From: Eledone cirrhosa
Lineage: Eukaryota
NCBI GenBank assembly: GCA_964016885.1
Contig: OZ024745.1
Coordinates: forward strand, 17,608,001 to 17,672,000
Length of the DNA: 64,000 nt
Direction: 5' to 3'
Each line of letters opens with the position of its first letter. Position 1 is the stretch's first letter. Below the pieces are notes generated by a model that saw only the letters and a program-made list of their open reading frames with translations, was not told the origin of the DNA and did no database searches. Made by a program: the position numbers and the translations under genes. Below are positions 28,074-41,750 of the stretch, in pieces.

Positions 28074-28587
28074 TATTCTAGTCCTGTATTAAAAATGATC
28101 TCTCTCGCTCTCTCTCGCTCTCTCTCGCTCTCTCTCACTTTCTCTCTCTGTGTATATATATATATATATAATTGGAGGCTTAGTAAAATCGAATCTTTGG
28201 CGGTGTGCAAGCAAATATATATATATAATAATATGCATATATATATATAATAATATATATATATATAAATATGTATATATATATATATATTTATATATAA
28301 ATATATATATATATTTATATATATATATATATACACGAAACCGTATTATGTCAAGATTAATTGCACTGGAACTGATGGATATAATATATTTATATATTTC
28401 CCCTGCTGTTATAGAATCCTTGACCACACATATTTCTGCTGTCTTGACTACTCTTAATGCTCTAAATTCACTCTGAATATACCCCCGTTACCCTTCAATT
28501 ATCTTATACCAACAGTGTCTTCCATTTTGTCCTCTCTAAAATATCCATTTCAGTCATATGTGCCCACACGTACAAGTTATTATTAAT

Positions 28588-28700
28588 TTCAAATCCCGCC
28601 GAGGTTAACTTTTCCTTTCATCCTTACGGGGTCGATAAAATAAAGTACCAGTAATGCACTGGTAAATTGCTGGCCTTGTGCCAAACGTGGAAACAATTAT
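28588..28700 (+). mobile_element. SINE, 5'-truncated
   Basis: ttcaaatcccgccgaggttaac...ggggtcgataaa...gaaacaattat. Confidence 0.85.
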
Positions 28701-29569
28701 TAATGTATCTCACACATACATTCATGTCATGTATCTAAACTCAACTCAAATCACACTAACACAGCTGACTACCAAGAAAAAACGGTTTTCACACATATCG
28801 TCACTGGTATAGTACAATCCAAAGGCAAGGAATCCATTACCATATTTAGTTATTCTGTTCAGATTTAACTATACAGTGTTTTCCACAGAATAATGTGACG
28901 TTGTCCCCTTTCAATACCAACTCAATTATTTTGTGTATATATTTATCAATTTGCCTCTGAAGATTCTTTCCGTGTTTGCCGGACAAAGGAAGCGATAGAA
29001 ATGTACAGAAAGAGTAATTTTACTGGTATGGTTCGTGGTTATATTTAACAATCTCAAACCCAATCCAAGTGAGTACGGTGCTGTTTCAAATATCCAGGAA
29101 ACATACAAGTGGGTGTATTTTGCATCAGTTCCAACAGAGATATAATCTATCAGTTGCTATTCCCCAGAAATTAATTCTACATTGAAATTCTTCTTGCGAT
29201 TTCCACACCTGATGCAGAATGCTGAACATAAGTTTAAACAAAAGTAACATAAATCCCTAAACCCCACAGGAAGTAATGTATTCATACGAAAGTATTTCAA
29301 GAAGGAGCATGATGTTAACAAAGGAAACATCATAATCAGATTGCGTCAATCTGGTTATGAAGTTACATATACATACATGCAAACATAAATACACCCCTAT
29401 ATGTATGGTAAATATCATATTGGTTAAGAGAGTGGGACTGGCTGTGTGCAGTGCCTTTGCTCACTATAAAAGCTTCACGGCACAAGCATTGCTTTATATC
29501 TGGAGATCTCTGATCTCTCTACACTTGTCGTCACATGGTACCATGGGCCCAGCACTATGTTTCAAAAAT

Positions 29570-29698
29570 TGTCACAAGTGTAGTGTTTGTACCAGAGTTT
29601 TCAAGTCGCCGGCTGGGCTAAAAAGTCACACTCGTTCAGCACATCGGTAGGGGATCTCCTACATGGATATAAAGTAGTGGCCGTACTCGAAAACGAAC
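29570..29698 (+). mobile_element. RTE-type LINE 3' end with terminal C2H2 finger
   Basis: HKCSVCTRVFKSPAGLKSHTRSAHR* with no upstream ORF support; directly abuts the PLE at 29700. Confidence 0.55.
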
Positions 29699-29699
29699 C

Positions 29700-32430
29700 C
29701 CGCACTCGATGCCTTCGAGCTGGACCTTATGAACATGATAAGTGAAACTAAATTTAAAAAAAGAACAAATCACAACAAATTGCAAAATGACTTAAATACA
29801 TTACTTAAAAAACTAAAAGACACTAACGGTATCATAGTAAAAGCAGACAAAACATCAAACGTATACTCTATGGACATTAACACATACAATAACTTTATTC
29901 AGCGTGAACTACATAAAAAATATAAAAAAACAAATGAATCTACACTCACCAGCATAAACATGGAGGGCCTCAAGATAGTTAATAACCTCGGAATTTCAGA
30001 TAGGACCGAACCGCTTACCCCGTGCAACCCTACATTTAACCTGAAAGATCACAAAAATAACTTTGAAACTAATCCCACCATTAGATTAATATGCCCATCC
30101 AAGTCAGACATAGGTAAAATTAGCAAAAACATTCTAGATAGGGTAATCGCACAAATAAAGGGTAAACTAGAAATCAATTTATGGGGCAACACTAACGAGG
30201 CAATTAAATGGTTCAATAAAATACAAAATAGGGAGACGTGTAACTTCATACAATTTGATATAGACGACTATTATGCATCCATATCCCCAGCTACCCTAGA
30301 TAAGGCGCTTATATTTGTCCAAAATAACTCTGATCTTACCCATGATGAAATTGAAATAATAATAGCGGCTAGAAGGACTATCGTAAAATTTGAAAATAAC
30401 TACTGGGTAAGAAAGGATAGAATAAATAGCTTCGATATTACAATGGGATCAAATGATTCTGCGCAAATTACAGATATCGTGGGGCTATTCATAGCACACA
30501 ACCTACATAAGGAATTCAGTAACCTCCAAGGAGGAATTTATAGGGACGACACGTTACTTATAGCTAGGAACCTAAACAACCAGAGCATGGAAAGACTAAG
30601 GAAAAATATTAGAATATTCTTCAAAAAAACTAGGCCTAAGTATTACCTACGAACTAAACCATAAGAAGGTAAATTTTCTAGATGTAACTCTAAATCTAAA
30701 TACTGGATTAATAGAACCTTTCCACAAAAATAATGGAAATCTTGCCTACATTAGTTACAACTCGAATCACCCCAAATCCATAATTAAATCCATAGCACGT
30801 AGTATATCCCTCCGAATATCCCGCTTATCCTCAAACCTAGAAATCTTTAACGAGCATGCTGAATATTATAATGCAGCATTAAGTAGGGCCGGTCATAAAG
30901 ATAAACTACAGTATATAGTGAATAAGGACAACATAAACAATCCTAGTAATTTCTACTCCAACCGCTCACATAATAATAGGAATAGCTTGACTAGACATAG
31001 GGTTAGACATGTAACACCTAGAGTAAACGGCCAAAACACTAATAACGTAAACCCTAGAAACAATAGAAGAAACAGACAAAGAAAATACCTATGGTTCAAC
31101 CCAATATTCAACTCCTCTATAAAAACTAGACTGCCCTCTACATTCTTTAAACTAATAGATAAACAGTTCCCTATCTCGCATAGATATCACAAAATACTCA
31201 ATAGATCTACTATAAAACTCTCTTTCTCAACAGCAGCTAACGTAGAATCACATATACGCAAGATCAACCACAGAAATATCTCAAGTAAATCAATTGCACC
31301 TATACATAAGCACAAACTCATCACAACATCACAACCACAAGCGCATACAAACGCGCAGCAGCAAAACCCCATTGGGCATATATCACAACCCACTTATAAC
31401 AGGGTACTAAATAGGAATGTAAAAGCTGCACAAAATAGCGCCTCAAACTGCAACTGTCACCTCCCAGATAGGTGCCCATTGGCGAACAGATGTCTCGATT
31501 CGAGCCTGGTGTACATGTGCACTGTCATCTCGGGTAACTCCACCTGGAATTACATAGGATCCACCGCGAGTTCTTTTAAGAAAAGATGGTATGTGCACAG
31601 GCACTCAATGAAAAACCGTGCACTTATGGGTTCCACCAGAAAAATATGGGAATTGAAGGACAGCAACACTAACTACACTATCAACTGGTCGAATTTGTCG
31701 GCTGCTAAAACCTATAGTACAGGGATGTCCTATTGCGGGCTGTGTGATCTTGAGCTGTTGTATATCCTTAGATATGTTAAAAGGCTACTTAATAATAAGT
31801 TAGAAAGATCTATCTTCTGCAGACATAGAATAGCCACTAAATTCATAAGATTCAAACCTCCGTGAATCGAACCAACATAACATAGCTTTAAATTAGGATA
31901 CCTACTACCCACATAAATATATTCATTAAGTATACTATATCCTTCACAAGTCTATACCACACAATTGTCTGTAAGTACCTCATCTACCAACAATCTTACT
32001 CCTTCTCAGCTGCTGCAATCATTTGACCCTAAATCCTAGTTTTTTCTCATTTCACTACTACAATGTTACTTTACCTTCTTTTTGCCATAATTACAATTAG
32101 CACGCTTTTCTCTTTGCATGTATGTATATTTTTGTACGAGTGTATATTGATGTGTATGTATGTGTCTATGTACGCATGCATGTGTATATATGTGTATATA
32201 TATTTATATATATGTATATATGTGTGTGTGTGTATGTGTATGTGTGTGTGTGTGTGCGTAGATATATGCGTATATTAATTCGTTAACCTCTGTGTTAACT
32301 CTACAACTATTGAGCTTTGACAGTGGTCCCACTCATGTATACTGTTGAAGATGAAGAGAAAAACTGTAAAAACTAGCTTATCTTTATAATTTAAAATTGA
32401 TACACACTACGATACTTTTTGCCTTATGAC
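29700..32430 (+). mobile_element. Penelope-like element family B2 (Hydra-clade-like); RT and GIY-YIG at 29729-31865 with a frameshift in the A-run near 30625
   Basis: VKADKT, LKDHK.NF...P..RLI.PSKSDIG, QFDIDDYYASI, FDITMGS.DSA, GIYRDD, VNFLD (shifted frame), WFNP, CNCHLPDRC (CxCX5C), LVY...YIGST..SFKKRW..H. The 3' boundary is approximate. Confidence 0.9.
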
Positions 32431-32955
32431 AGCTGGTTTTCACGCCGTAACATTAGATACATTATATACCACGCACCTAAGTAATGTCAGGGTCTCCTTA
32501 AATAGTTTATTGATAGCATTGTTGTAATTGTTGTTATTGTTCTAATTGAATGCCATCACTACTCCATATAGTAGCCTGTATTTTCTTTTCTTTTCTTGCC
32601 TGTGTATGTTCTTCATTCTCGCATGCTCCGAAGATCTGACTGGTTATAATTCTGTATTGGCGATCGAGTAACGCAAAATTAAGCGGATAGCGATCTCTAG
32701 ACATACCAGTTCAGTGAAACAAATGTAAGCTATGTGATTAAAAACTTTTTTGTATAGCAAACCATGTAAACCTTCTTTCCTGATTTATTATTACTCCAAG
32801 TGTTTACAACATAGGAATTACAGCATACCCGCAGCATCACTATGAAAACGCCTTGTTGAGTCAAACCAAGCCAAGCGTTAATATCATCCACTACCTGGAA
32901 TACCATAACTGGACTTCACCTAAGTGGACTGCATTTAACTATTATTTATTAATCC

Positions 32956-33005
<50 letters not shown>

Positions 33006-33007
33006 AT

Positions 33008-33243
33008 ATACAATGCTATTAAATAAATGGAAACTATATTTATTAAACCATATTTATTCTAATATTTCAAGGGTACCAACATGTTGGTACGCTATCATCA
33101 GATAAGATACGAAGCGTGTTTTATAAATTTTGACATAACCAAGAGAATATACCTTAACGGTTCAAGTTATCCTTGGAAATATATATAATAGAATAAATAT
33201 GGTTTTATATATATAGTTTCCATTTATTTAATATCATTGTATA
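33008..33243. repeat. Small fold-back element with ~55-60 bp imperfect inverted ends and a damaged HHR
   Basis: tacaatgctattaaataaatggaaactatat... and ...atatagtttccatttatttaatatcattgta; minus-strand CTGATGA-stem-GAAA at 33065-33101. Confidence 0.7.
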
Positions 33244-33790
33244 TTATACCCCATTGTATATTATACCCCAGAAAACTTGTAGAGTGCTCTGAATCAGTTA
33301 TAAACATTTATATTTGTTGAATTACCAACAAATTGAATATCCCTTCTGCTTATATATATGCCGTCCAAGTCAACTTGGACAACCAATCCCTTGTTTTGAT
33401 ATAGTCATCTCTATAAAAGTGTGTGTCACCCAGCTTTCTACTTCATTGCAAACTATATTACATTCTGCCCTCTCCACCACTCACTGGCTTTCATCATAAT
33501 TCTTTACCCTATTCTCCACGGCATCTGTCAGAACTCTAAGCGCTATGTGAAGCCATCATGCATATCTGCTTATCAGAACTATTGAAGTAGGTGTATCATT
33601 TATCAGCCTTCCTTCATTTGCGCACAAACCGTTTTACCTTCCACCACACTGGTCCACACACACATACAACCCCCCCCCCCCCATATATATATATAAATAA
33701 TATATATATATATATACAGATGTATAAAGAGCGAGAGAGGGGTAGGAGAGAGAAATATATATGTTTATAAATAAATATATTTATTTAAGT

Positions 33791-33821
<31 letters not shown>

Positions 33822-34107
33822 CATTTCTACAATAAATATATGTTTTTACGGTCGTGTAAATATGATAATATGTATATAATAAATTATTCATAATTTTTTA
33901 TCTGGGTACGTAAATTTCTTTTGATATTTCTAAATGTATTCGACTATGTAACTGTGCAATATTTACTAATCGCAGCGGCAATAAATATTAATTCCCATCA
34001 CGTGTATATGAAACAAATCTATGTAAATTGGTTTTACAGGGTATGTGGGAGCTAGTGGTACAATAATTCTTAGACATATATACACTCACACATGCATATA
34101 TACCCAT

Positions 34108-34193
<86 letters not shown>

Positions 34194-34464
34194 GTATTGT
34201 TCTAATTACACGTTCTAATGACGATAAACCTCAGCGTAAACCACATACAACAAAACCATGTCATCCTACACTAAACTATTTTTATAAACATCGTACGTTT
34301 GAAAATAAACACTATTATATACCGTTCCATTATAACTGTGCTTTGTATATATTTATTGGTTATTCAATGGAGAAGGACAGTGCCTATTTTTACTGCATTA
34401 TCCCGATATTTGACCGGACACATTACACAAGATGTATTTCAATTCTGTTAAACCGAGTGATAGA

Positions 34465-34559
34465 TTCTTCTTCTTCTTCTTCATCTTCTTCTTCTTCTTC
34501 TTCTTTTTCTTCTTCTTCTTCTTCTTCTTCTTCTTCTTCTTCTTCTTCTTCTTCTTCTT
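34465..34559. repeat. (TTC)n microsatellite
   Basis: Seen directly; explains the poly-S/K/E/F ORFs. Confidence 0.95.
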
Positions 34560-35389
34560 GAGAGATCCGTTGGTTAGAGTCCTCAAACACTCCTTTACAA
34601 CTCAATATGTGAATTCCACGATTGAGTTCTGCACACATTCTGTCTATCAAATTCCACAATGCTTCCAATGATACAAGCCTGTTATATTATAATTCAACAC
34701 ACACTTATGCTGTGGGATACATTCCCAAAACACATCTTAAATAATCGTGCATATCTGTGCTGATACAGAATCATTCAAATAATTGAAATATGACAATATT
34801 AAAATCCCAATATCACATAAAATATGGAAAACATTTAGCTTTAAACAGCTATTGAAAAATCCTCAATAATTGCTAATCATGGAGGCTAATGTGTCATTAT
34901 TGGTTATCGGAGATATCAATATAATATTACTTGTTAATTGATTTTTATAACAGAAGGCTCAACAAGGATTACAGAACTTTGAGGAAAAACACGCAATTTC
35001 TAATAACCAACGTCTTATCTTCTGGGTAGATTCCAACACTTTTAGTAGATTTGCCAGGCAATGATAAATGCAAATTCTAGAATTACTCACTAAAACATTA
35101 ACCAAGCTATAAACGAGGTTTTCGATTACAGATAACGTCATTTACTTAAGACTATTTTGTGTTTACAGCTACAAAAATCATATTATAATTTTGATACCAA
35201 CAACTAGCTTGTTACAACAATTCGGAATCTAGTGCAGTTGTAAACTAAGTAAATAGCACCAAGTTTGTTTTTTACTATCCTCTTTATACGTGCAACATTT
35301 TATTCTACTCTCGTTGTGATATTGTTATTGGTGGCAGTAGCTGTACCTGCTTCTCCCTTCTGAAAGTTTTGAATACGAAATTTAGATAC

Positions 35390-36490
35390 TGATAGATATA
35401 GACAGGGGGATAGATGGATAGAGTGAGAGAGATGAGAGAATGGTGTATGGTAGATATAGAAAGGGGTATATTTTGGCGGTAATTTATAGAGAGAGGGGTG
35501 GTGCGAGAGAGTCCAGGGTAGTTGATGCAGAGAGGGCAGTGTTTGGTGTTAATTGATATAGTGAAGGGATTGGAAGAGACATCCGTGTAGTAGATATAGG
35601 GATGGGGAGAGTTTAGTGTAAATTGATATAGAGAGGAGGATTGGAAGAGAGTTAGGTCTAGTAGATATAGAGAGGGGAAGAGTTTGCTATTAATTGATAT
35701 AGAGAGGGGGATTGGAATAGAATTCCGTGTAGTCTATATAGAGAGGAGGAATGTTTTGTGGTAATTGATATTTAGAAGGGGATTGGGAGAGAGTGTGTCG
35801 TGTAGTAAATACAGAGAGGTGTAGATTTCAATGCTTATAGATATAATGAGGGGCTTCTGAGAGATAAATATTACTAAATATATAGAGAGGGACTGGATGA
35901 GGCGTTGTCGTAGAATATATAAAGGAGGTAGTTTGTGCTGGATAAAGAAAGAACGATTACGAGAGAGTGTGGTGGAGATGGCGATGGGGAGAATTTGGAG
36001 ATGACTGATATAAGAAAAGAGATTCGGAGATATTTTGTATGTTAGATAGAGAGAGGGGAAGAATTTGGTGGTTGTAGATGTATATAGAGGGATAATGGGA
36101 AAGTGCCGTGTAGTAGACATAGAGAGGGAGAAAGTGTATGGGTGATTGATATAGAGAGGGGGATTGGGAGTGTGTTTTGTATGTTAGATGTAGAGAGGCA
36201 GATAATTTGGTGGTTGTAGATATAGCGTGAGGGATATTCAGAAAGTGATGTGTAGTAGATATAGAGAGAAGGAGAGTTTAGGGGTGATTGATATAAAGAT
36301 GGTGATTGGGAGAGATAAGTGTATATATTTATAATGAGGGATGAGTGTTAGATATAGAGAGGGATATAAGAGAGCCGGTGTCGTGTTAGACATAGAGAGG
36401 GGATTACGAGAGCCGGTATCGTGCGAGATATAGAGAGGGGATTAGAGAGTTGTTGTCGTGAAAGACATAGAGAGGAGGAGAGTTTGGTGG
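35390..36490. repeat. Degenerate purine-rich minisatellite array (about 30-nt units)
   Basis: Recurrent (t)agatatagagaggg..attgg/gagtttg motif. Confidence 0.8.
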
Positions 36491-37042
36491 TATTCTCGGG
36501 TCACAAAAGTCAATACAAATATTCATTTATTAATCGATAAGTGATGAGCCTTGTTGCTCTGGAGTCTCTCTTGGTTACTCACAGGATCATCAGAGAAACC
36601 TGGTGTTCTTGTGAGAGCGCAGGTGAAACTTTAGAGTAAAAATATTTCACTAATAGCCATAATAAAGGAATGTGCATATATATATATATGGATAGAGGAA
36701 GGCGGGCTGTGTGGGTAATCATAACTAGTGTTAGAAGGTAAGGCGACACAAACAAGAGATGGAAAGTTTCCCTTCGTCAGCTGTTTACTACGGGTCATGC
36801 ATGTTTCGGCACATTATAAACAGAACCTCGATCCATAGCGCGCCCATAACAGTTTATCTATCAAACGGCCATGAGGGAAAGAAGTGATAGCGAAGAGAGA
36901 GAGAAAAAAAAGAAAGAAAATAGTAAAAAATGAAGTAAACATACCGATAGAAGGGGGAACTCAGGACAATGGCACATGCAAGTGAGTAACCGGAGGAAGT
37001 GAAGATGATACCAGTATCTTATAGAGGAAAAACTGTTATAGA

Positions 37043-37770
37043 AGTGGGTATATTCATTTTTATTTATATGTTTATTGATTTCATACATTGGTGGTTTCCC
37101 TGTTTATTGATCGCACACACTCTCTCCATCTAGTGTGTTATACTTTCTACATATTGTATTTTGAAGAGCCCAGGATTCCTTTTCCTTTCAGCACATAATT
37201 TAAAGGGAGTAATACAAGTCTGTTGAATCCGTTAATATTTGGAAATGTTGCTCCTTATAACAGTCTTTACTCTCTCTGCCTGGTTGAGCATTTCTCTTTG
37301 AGTGGTTTCAGCTGCCATTTCAAGCCACTTAAGGGCCGCTGGTTCACTGTCCTTCACACGCTATCACTTCTCCCTACCGCATTAGTGGAAGACGGTTATC
37401 TCAAGTATTTTAGAGTTGTCTGGAATGTATCTGCTAAACACACGCTGATGAGCCATTGGTATTTCCATTTCAGTCACAACATTTTTGGCGAAACGAGTCC
37501 CTTTGGATTTGTACGTGTGTAATATATAGTTATATAGGTGGGTATATTCATTTTGATTTCTATTTATAATTATTATGTGTCTACCTCACCTTCCGTAGTT
37601 TATGGATTCCATACACTGGTGGTTCCCCTATTTATTCATCGCACAAACTCTCTCCCTCTCGTGTGTTATATTTTCTACATATTGTAATTTGAAGAGCCCA
37701 TGATTCCTTTTCCTTTGAGCACATAATTTACAGAGACTAACGCAAGTCTGTTGACTCCGTTAATATTTGG
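37043..37770. repeat. Diverged direct repeat (37043-37242 and 37538-37770)
   Basis: Shared gtgggtatattcatttt…tttctacatattgta…gaagagccc…ccgttaatatttgg. Confidence 0.85.
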
Positions 37771-37857
37771 GTATATATATATATAAAACTCATGATTATT
37801 CCTGGAATTCTATAAGAATCCAGCTTCTATAATTTGCGGCTAAGGCAGGGGAGTACG

Positions 37858-37901
37858 CGGCTCTGATGATCGCCAACCAGCGTGAAAGAGACTGTCAGCT
37901 G
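37858..37901 (+). ncRNA. Minimal type I hammerhead motif with one helix III mismatch
   Basis: CGGCT-CTGATGA-T-CGC(caacca)GCG-T-GAAA-gAG(a)CTG-TC-AGCTG. Confidence 0.6.
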
Positions 37902-38058
37902 GTTTCCCTTCTTTCGCCGAAAAGAAGTAAGTGACATAGTCACTACTTTAAAACTGATAGCGTGTGGTCTTCTAAATATTCTTAATTAAGCAAACGATAT
38001 ATTGCCAAATATACTATATATTCATGCATGTATACATCGCTATTTCAGAGCACCAATC

Positions 38059-38142
<84 letters not shown>

Positions 38143-38365
38143 GTAATAACAATAAATTTGTAGACTAAAATCCAAAGTGGGCTCGATAAGGATAAATATA
38201 TATCAAATATATAAGAACCCTAGAGCAAATATTTATTAAAATAACAGATTAAAGTATAAGCAAAGAATTGGTGCTTTCAGAAGATCCCGTTAAGTGTGAA
38301 AGCAGCGATTCTTTGATTAAACTTTAATCTGTTATCTTAATATATATATATATATATATATATAT

Positions 38366-39115
38366 TTGTCAAGCTATTTAAACGTATGTTATTACTCTAA
38401 GGACCGACCCTTATTGAGTGCTTTCCTAACTCATTCCTATTGTAGGGCGACTTTGCTTGCCCACAGCCAAAGCTTCGATTTTACTAAGCTTACACTTGCA
38501 TTATTTTCTCCTAGAGTTAATAATTAATTAATTAATTTAATTAGACAATTCTATTGATCGGTTAATTATTTGTCTTTGTTTAATAACATCTGGTTTAGCG
38601 CTTTTATTCGGAATGTTTGAGCGGAAATTATAATATTTCCCTTGTTAACACTTTGAATTTACCCGCCAAAAACCAGGGGTTGTTTCCATTTTTTGGAAAT
38701 AACACGTGACAACGATGTGTTCGAAGGCTGCCTTATGTAGCGGCCGCATTTTGTTTGTTCACACCGGTTTGAAGCAGAACGGAAGCCCTGTGATGAAATG
38801 AATCCTCTGTTCAATCATGGAATACCACGAGCGTGCGTGTTACGTAAGTTGGATAAATAATTCGGATTCATAGAAACACTTTAGACGTATATCGTTTGAT
38901 TTGTCCAGGTGTGTCTTTTAACCTGTTAGTTCTTTCATTACTTTGGTATTGTGTGGTTGGGTTTTGCCTACCGCAATGTTCAAATTGTCAAGCTATTTAA
39001 ACATATGTTATTTCTCTAAGGACCTACCCTTATTGAGTGCTTTGCTAACTCATACCTATTGGAGGACAACTTTGCTTGCCCACAGCCAAAGTTTCGATTT
39101 GACTAAGCTTCCACT

Positions 39116-39118
<3 letters not shown>
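38366..39118. repeat. Direct repeat of about 135 bp (38366-38500 and 38985-39118), inside a short inverted pair (38032-38065 and 39211-39247)
   Basis: ttgtcaagctatttaaac…gcttgcccacagccaaag…actaagctt; a related piece is inverted at 28170-28215. Confidence 0.8.
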
Positions 39119-39206
<88 letters not shown>

Positions 39207-39414
39207 TAGGATATATTAGGATTGGTACTCTGAAATAGCGATGTATGAATGAATGAATATAAATATATATGTGCATAGAAATTTCGTATTTCTTTTCTAT
39301 TATAAGTTGAGGCAACTTATGCAGCTTCATAACGATTATGGAGCTTACACAGACGAGAAACTATATATTCTCGGCTGTTTTCAAGTCCAGGAGTCGCAGA
39401 GCATTGGGAGGGAT

Positions 39415-39454
39415 CGTCCTGACGATGGCCAGTTAAGCCTGAAATGCATAGACG
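39415..39454 (+). ncRNA. Minimal type I hammerhead motif
   Basis: CGTC-CTGACGA-T-GGC(cagttaa)GCC-T-GAAA-TGCA-TA-GACG; helix III is the palindrome ATGCAT. Confidence 0.75.
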
Positions 39455-41198
39455 TTTGTCCCCCTTACTTCTGCTGGACAACACCAGCGGGTGTTAGCCT
39501 CCCGGTGTTCGTATAGCTACGGCTTCCTAAAATCGTATTTCGAAAGAAATACGAAATTTCTATACATATTGTATAAAGCTATGCTTGAAGCGGAATCCTA
39601 TTTCCTTCCTATATATATACAGCATATTAATTTCTCACCGCTATTAATGTAGAACTAACTTTAGCATCTGAAATGCACACTATTTACTGGTTAACAAATG
39701 CTAAAGTGTACGTTGAAAGTCGGACTGATAGTGATGCTCAACGTGACGAACAAGTTAAACAACCGAGGGAGGGACAGAACAACGGAAACTGTAGAAATAA
39801 ACTAAATAAGATTCACAAACCGCCTTATATATATACACACACACACCGTGAATCTTGTGCATCAATAATATAATTATTTTTTAATAAAATAAATCAGAAA
39901 TATATACTGAATACATTCTCTCCCTTTCGTTTACGTACAGAGTTTTGAAAGTGTCATATACTTAAAAATTACTTATAAGAATATATGTAAGTATATTTCC
40001 TTAAAGAAAAAAACTATATTTACGATCTTCAACATACCTAATGTAAAATTGCCATATCTTATATGTCATATTTCTTGAGAAACTTCTCTTTAATCTACCT
40101 ATGATAAGGAACAGTACTGTCAGTAATACAAGCATTGAAATAGCATTATTTTTTTGTTTTACAGCATACACATAAATAGTAAATATCAACAGAGTATTTC
40201 ATAGTTATTTTCCAAATAGTATAGCCCAAATGTCTGTCACTCAGCTCTATTATATTTAATAAAACTTTAGTGGGCAAATATATGTAATTGAAAGAAATCC
40301 CCTCTGAATATTCGTGTTATCTTAATCTATTGTGACACGACATCTATGAATTTTAACGATCTCTTTTGGGAATTGAAACAGTAACAACTAATCGTTATTC
40401 TGTTAGTATATTTTCTATTATTCTATTGTCATTATAATATAAGGACTGAATTTCGCCGCATTGTGTTTTGTATAAACATCTTCAATGTTTTTAAGAATTA
40501 ATTAGTGCTATATTTTCTCAAACCATATGTCTATTGAGAGAAATATCCGAAATAAACGTTGAAAAAATATATTCATCGTGAATATTAGTTCGATAATTAT
40601 AACGACATATGTTTTTAACATCAGACAGCAATTACTGAAGAATAACGACAAATGAAAATATTTCATTTATAATTGAAGAATATAGTTATAGTCTGATACG
40701 TCATAGACAGAAGACGGCCAAATTCCAGCGCATACCACATATAAATTTCGTTTAGTATTTGGATATAGAAAAGGTATGGCATGATAACCGGAGTGAAAGA
40801 GTTGAGATCAACTTATGTTAATGCACCTGTAGTAAATACAGATTGCATTTCAACTATATCCCCATGCAGGTCACGTATGGAAATATATATATGTAAAAGT
40901 TAAGCAGAAATAACAACACAAACGTAGAGTGTATGGAAGGAATATATTAGTTTGACGCTTGAAATATCGAGAAGAGTGTTTTAACGTTTCTGACGCTAGT
41001 CCTTTAACAGAAAATAAAATGAGAAATTAGAGAAGAAATAGAAAAGCGGTAGTAGCAGAAAAGAGAAGAAGAAGAAGAAGAAGAAGAAGAAGAAGAAGAA
41101 GAAGGAGCAGAAGAATTTTATTTTCATACATATTACTGTTATTGTATACAGTATGAGAAAAGATGTGGATGAAATCCGTGACTCATATCACAATATTA

Positions 41199-41383
41199 AT
41201 AATTGTTTCTAGTTTTGGCACATTGTAGCAATTAGACCAGTGCATTACTAGTACTTTATTTTATCGACCCTGTAAGGATGAAAGGCAAAGTTAACATCGG
41301 TGGGATTTGAACTCACAATGGCAAGGGCCGTAACTCTGTGCGTCAAAGCATGGTGTCCGACACTCTACCGATAATGCCAATCC
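41199..41383 (-). mobile_element. tRNA-derived SINE
   Basis: Full-length match to the family. Confidence 0.9.
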
Positions 41384-41542
41384 AATAACAATATTAATAA
41401 TACCAGAACAATAACTGTAAAATCAAAAGAAATAATTCCAATAATGTTAACATCTACTAGATGCTAAAACTAATAGATGCTGTGCTATAGAACATAAAAT
41501 ACTAAGCTTAGTTACACAAGATTTTGCCTCATAAAATTCATT

Positions 41543-41750
41543 TACGTGGGTCGGCAAAATGTTCATAACCTGAACATTTCCTAGGCTGACCAAGATACTC
41601 TCATGGAATGACCAAATGAGGTTTATTGTTCACAATAGATTCTGGAAAGCAACAGTTATTAATAAGAAGAGTTGAAATGAATGCATGCATAAATACCACC
41701 TCTAGCATCAATCAATGATAGTCAACCTCTGAGCATTTTAGCCGAACCTT
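41543..41750. mobile_element. Decayed mariner-type MITE
   Basis: Imperfect inverted ends gggtcggcaaaatgttc and gagcattttagccgaacc. Confidence 0.45.

Noticed and set aside
29570-29650. Host C2H2 zinc-finger gene
   Set aside because: A single finger followed by a stop, better explained as an RTE C-terminus.
32343-32385. Expected HHR in the B2 3' region (TTGAAGA…AAAA-CTAG)
   Set aside because: Needs four or more substitutions.
35390-36490. CRISPR-like repeat-spacer array
   Set aside because: Degenerate low-complexity units, no unique spacers, no cas genes, eukaryotic context.
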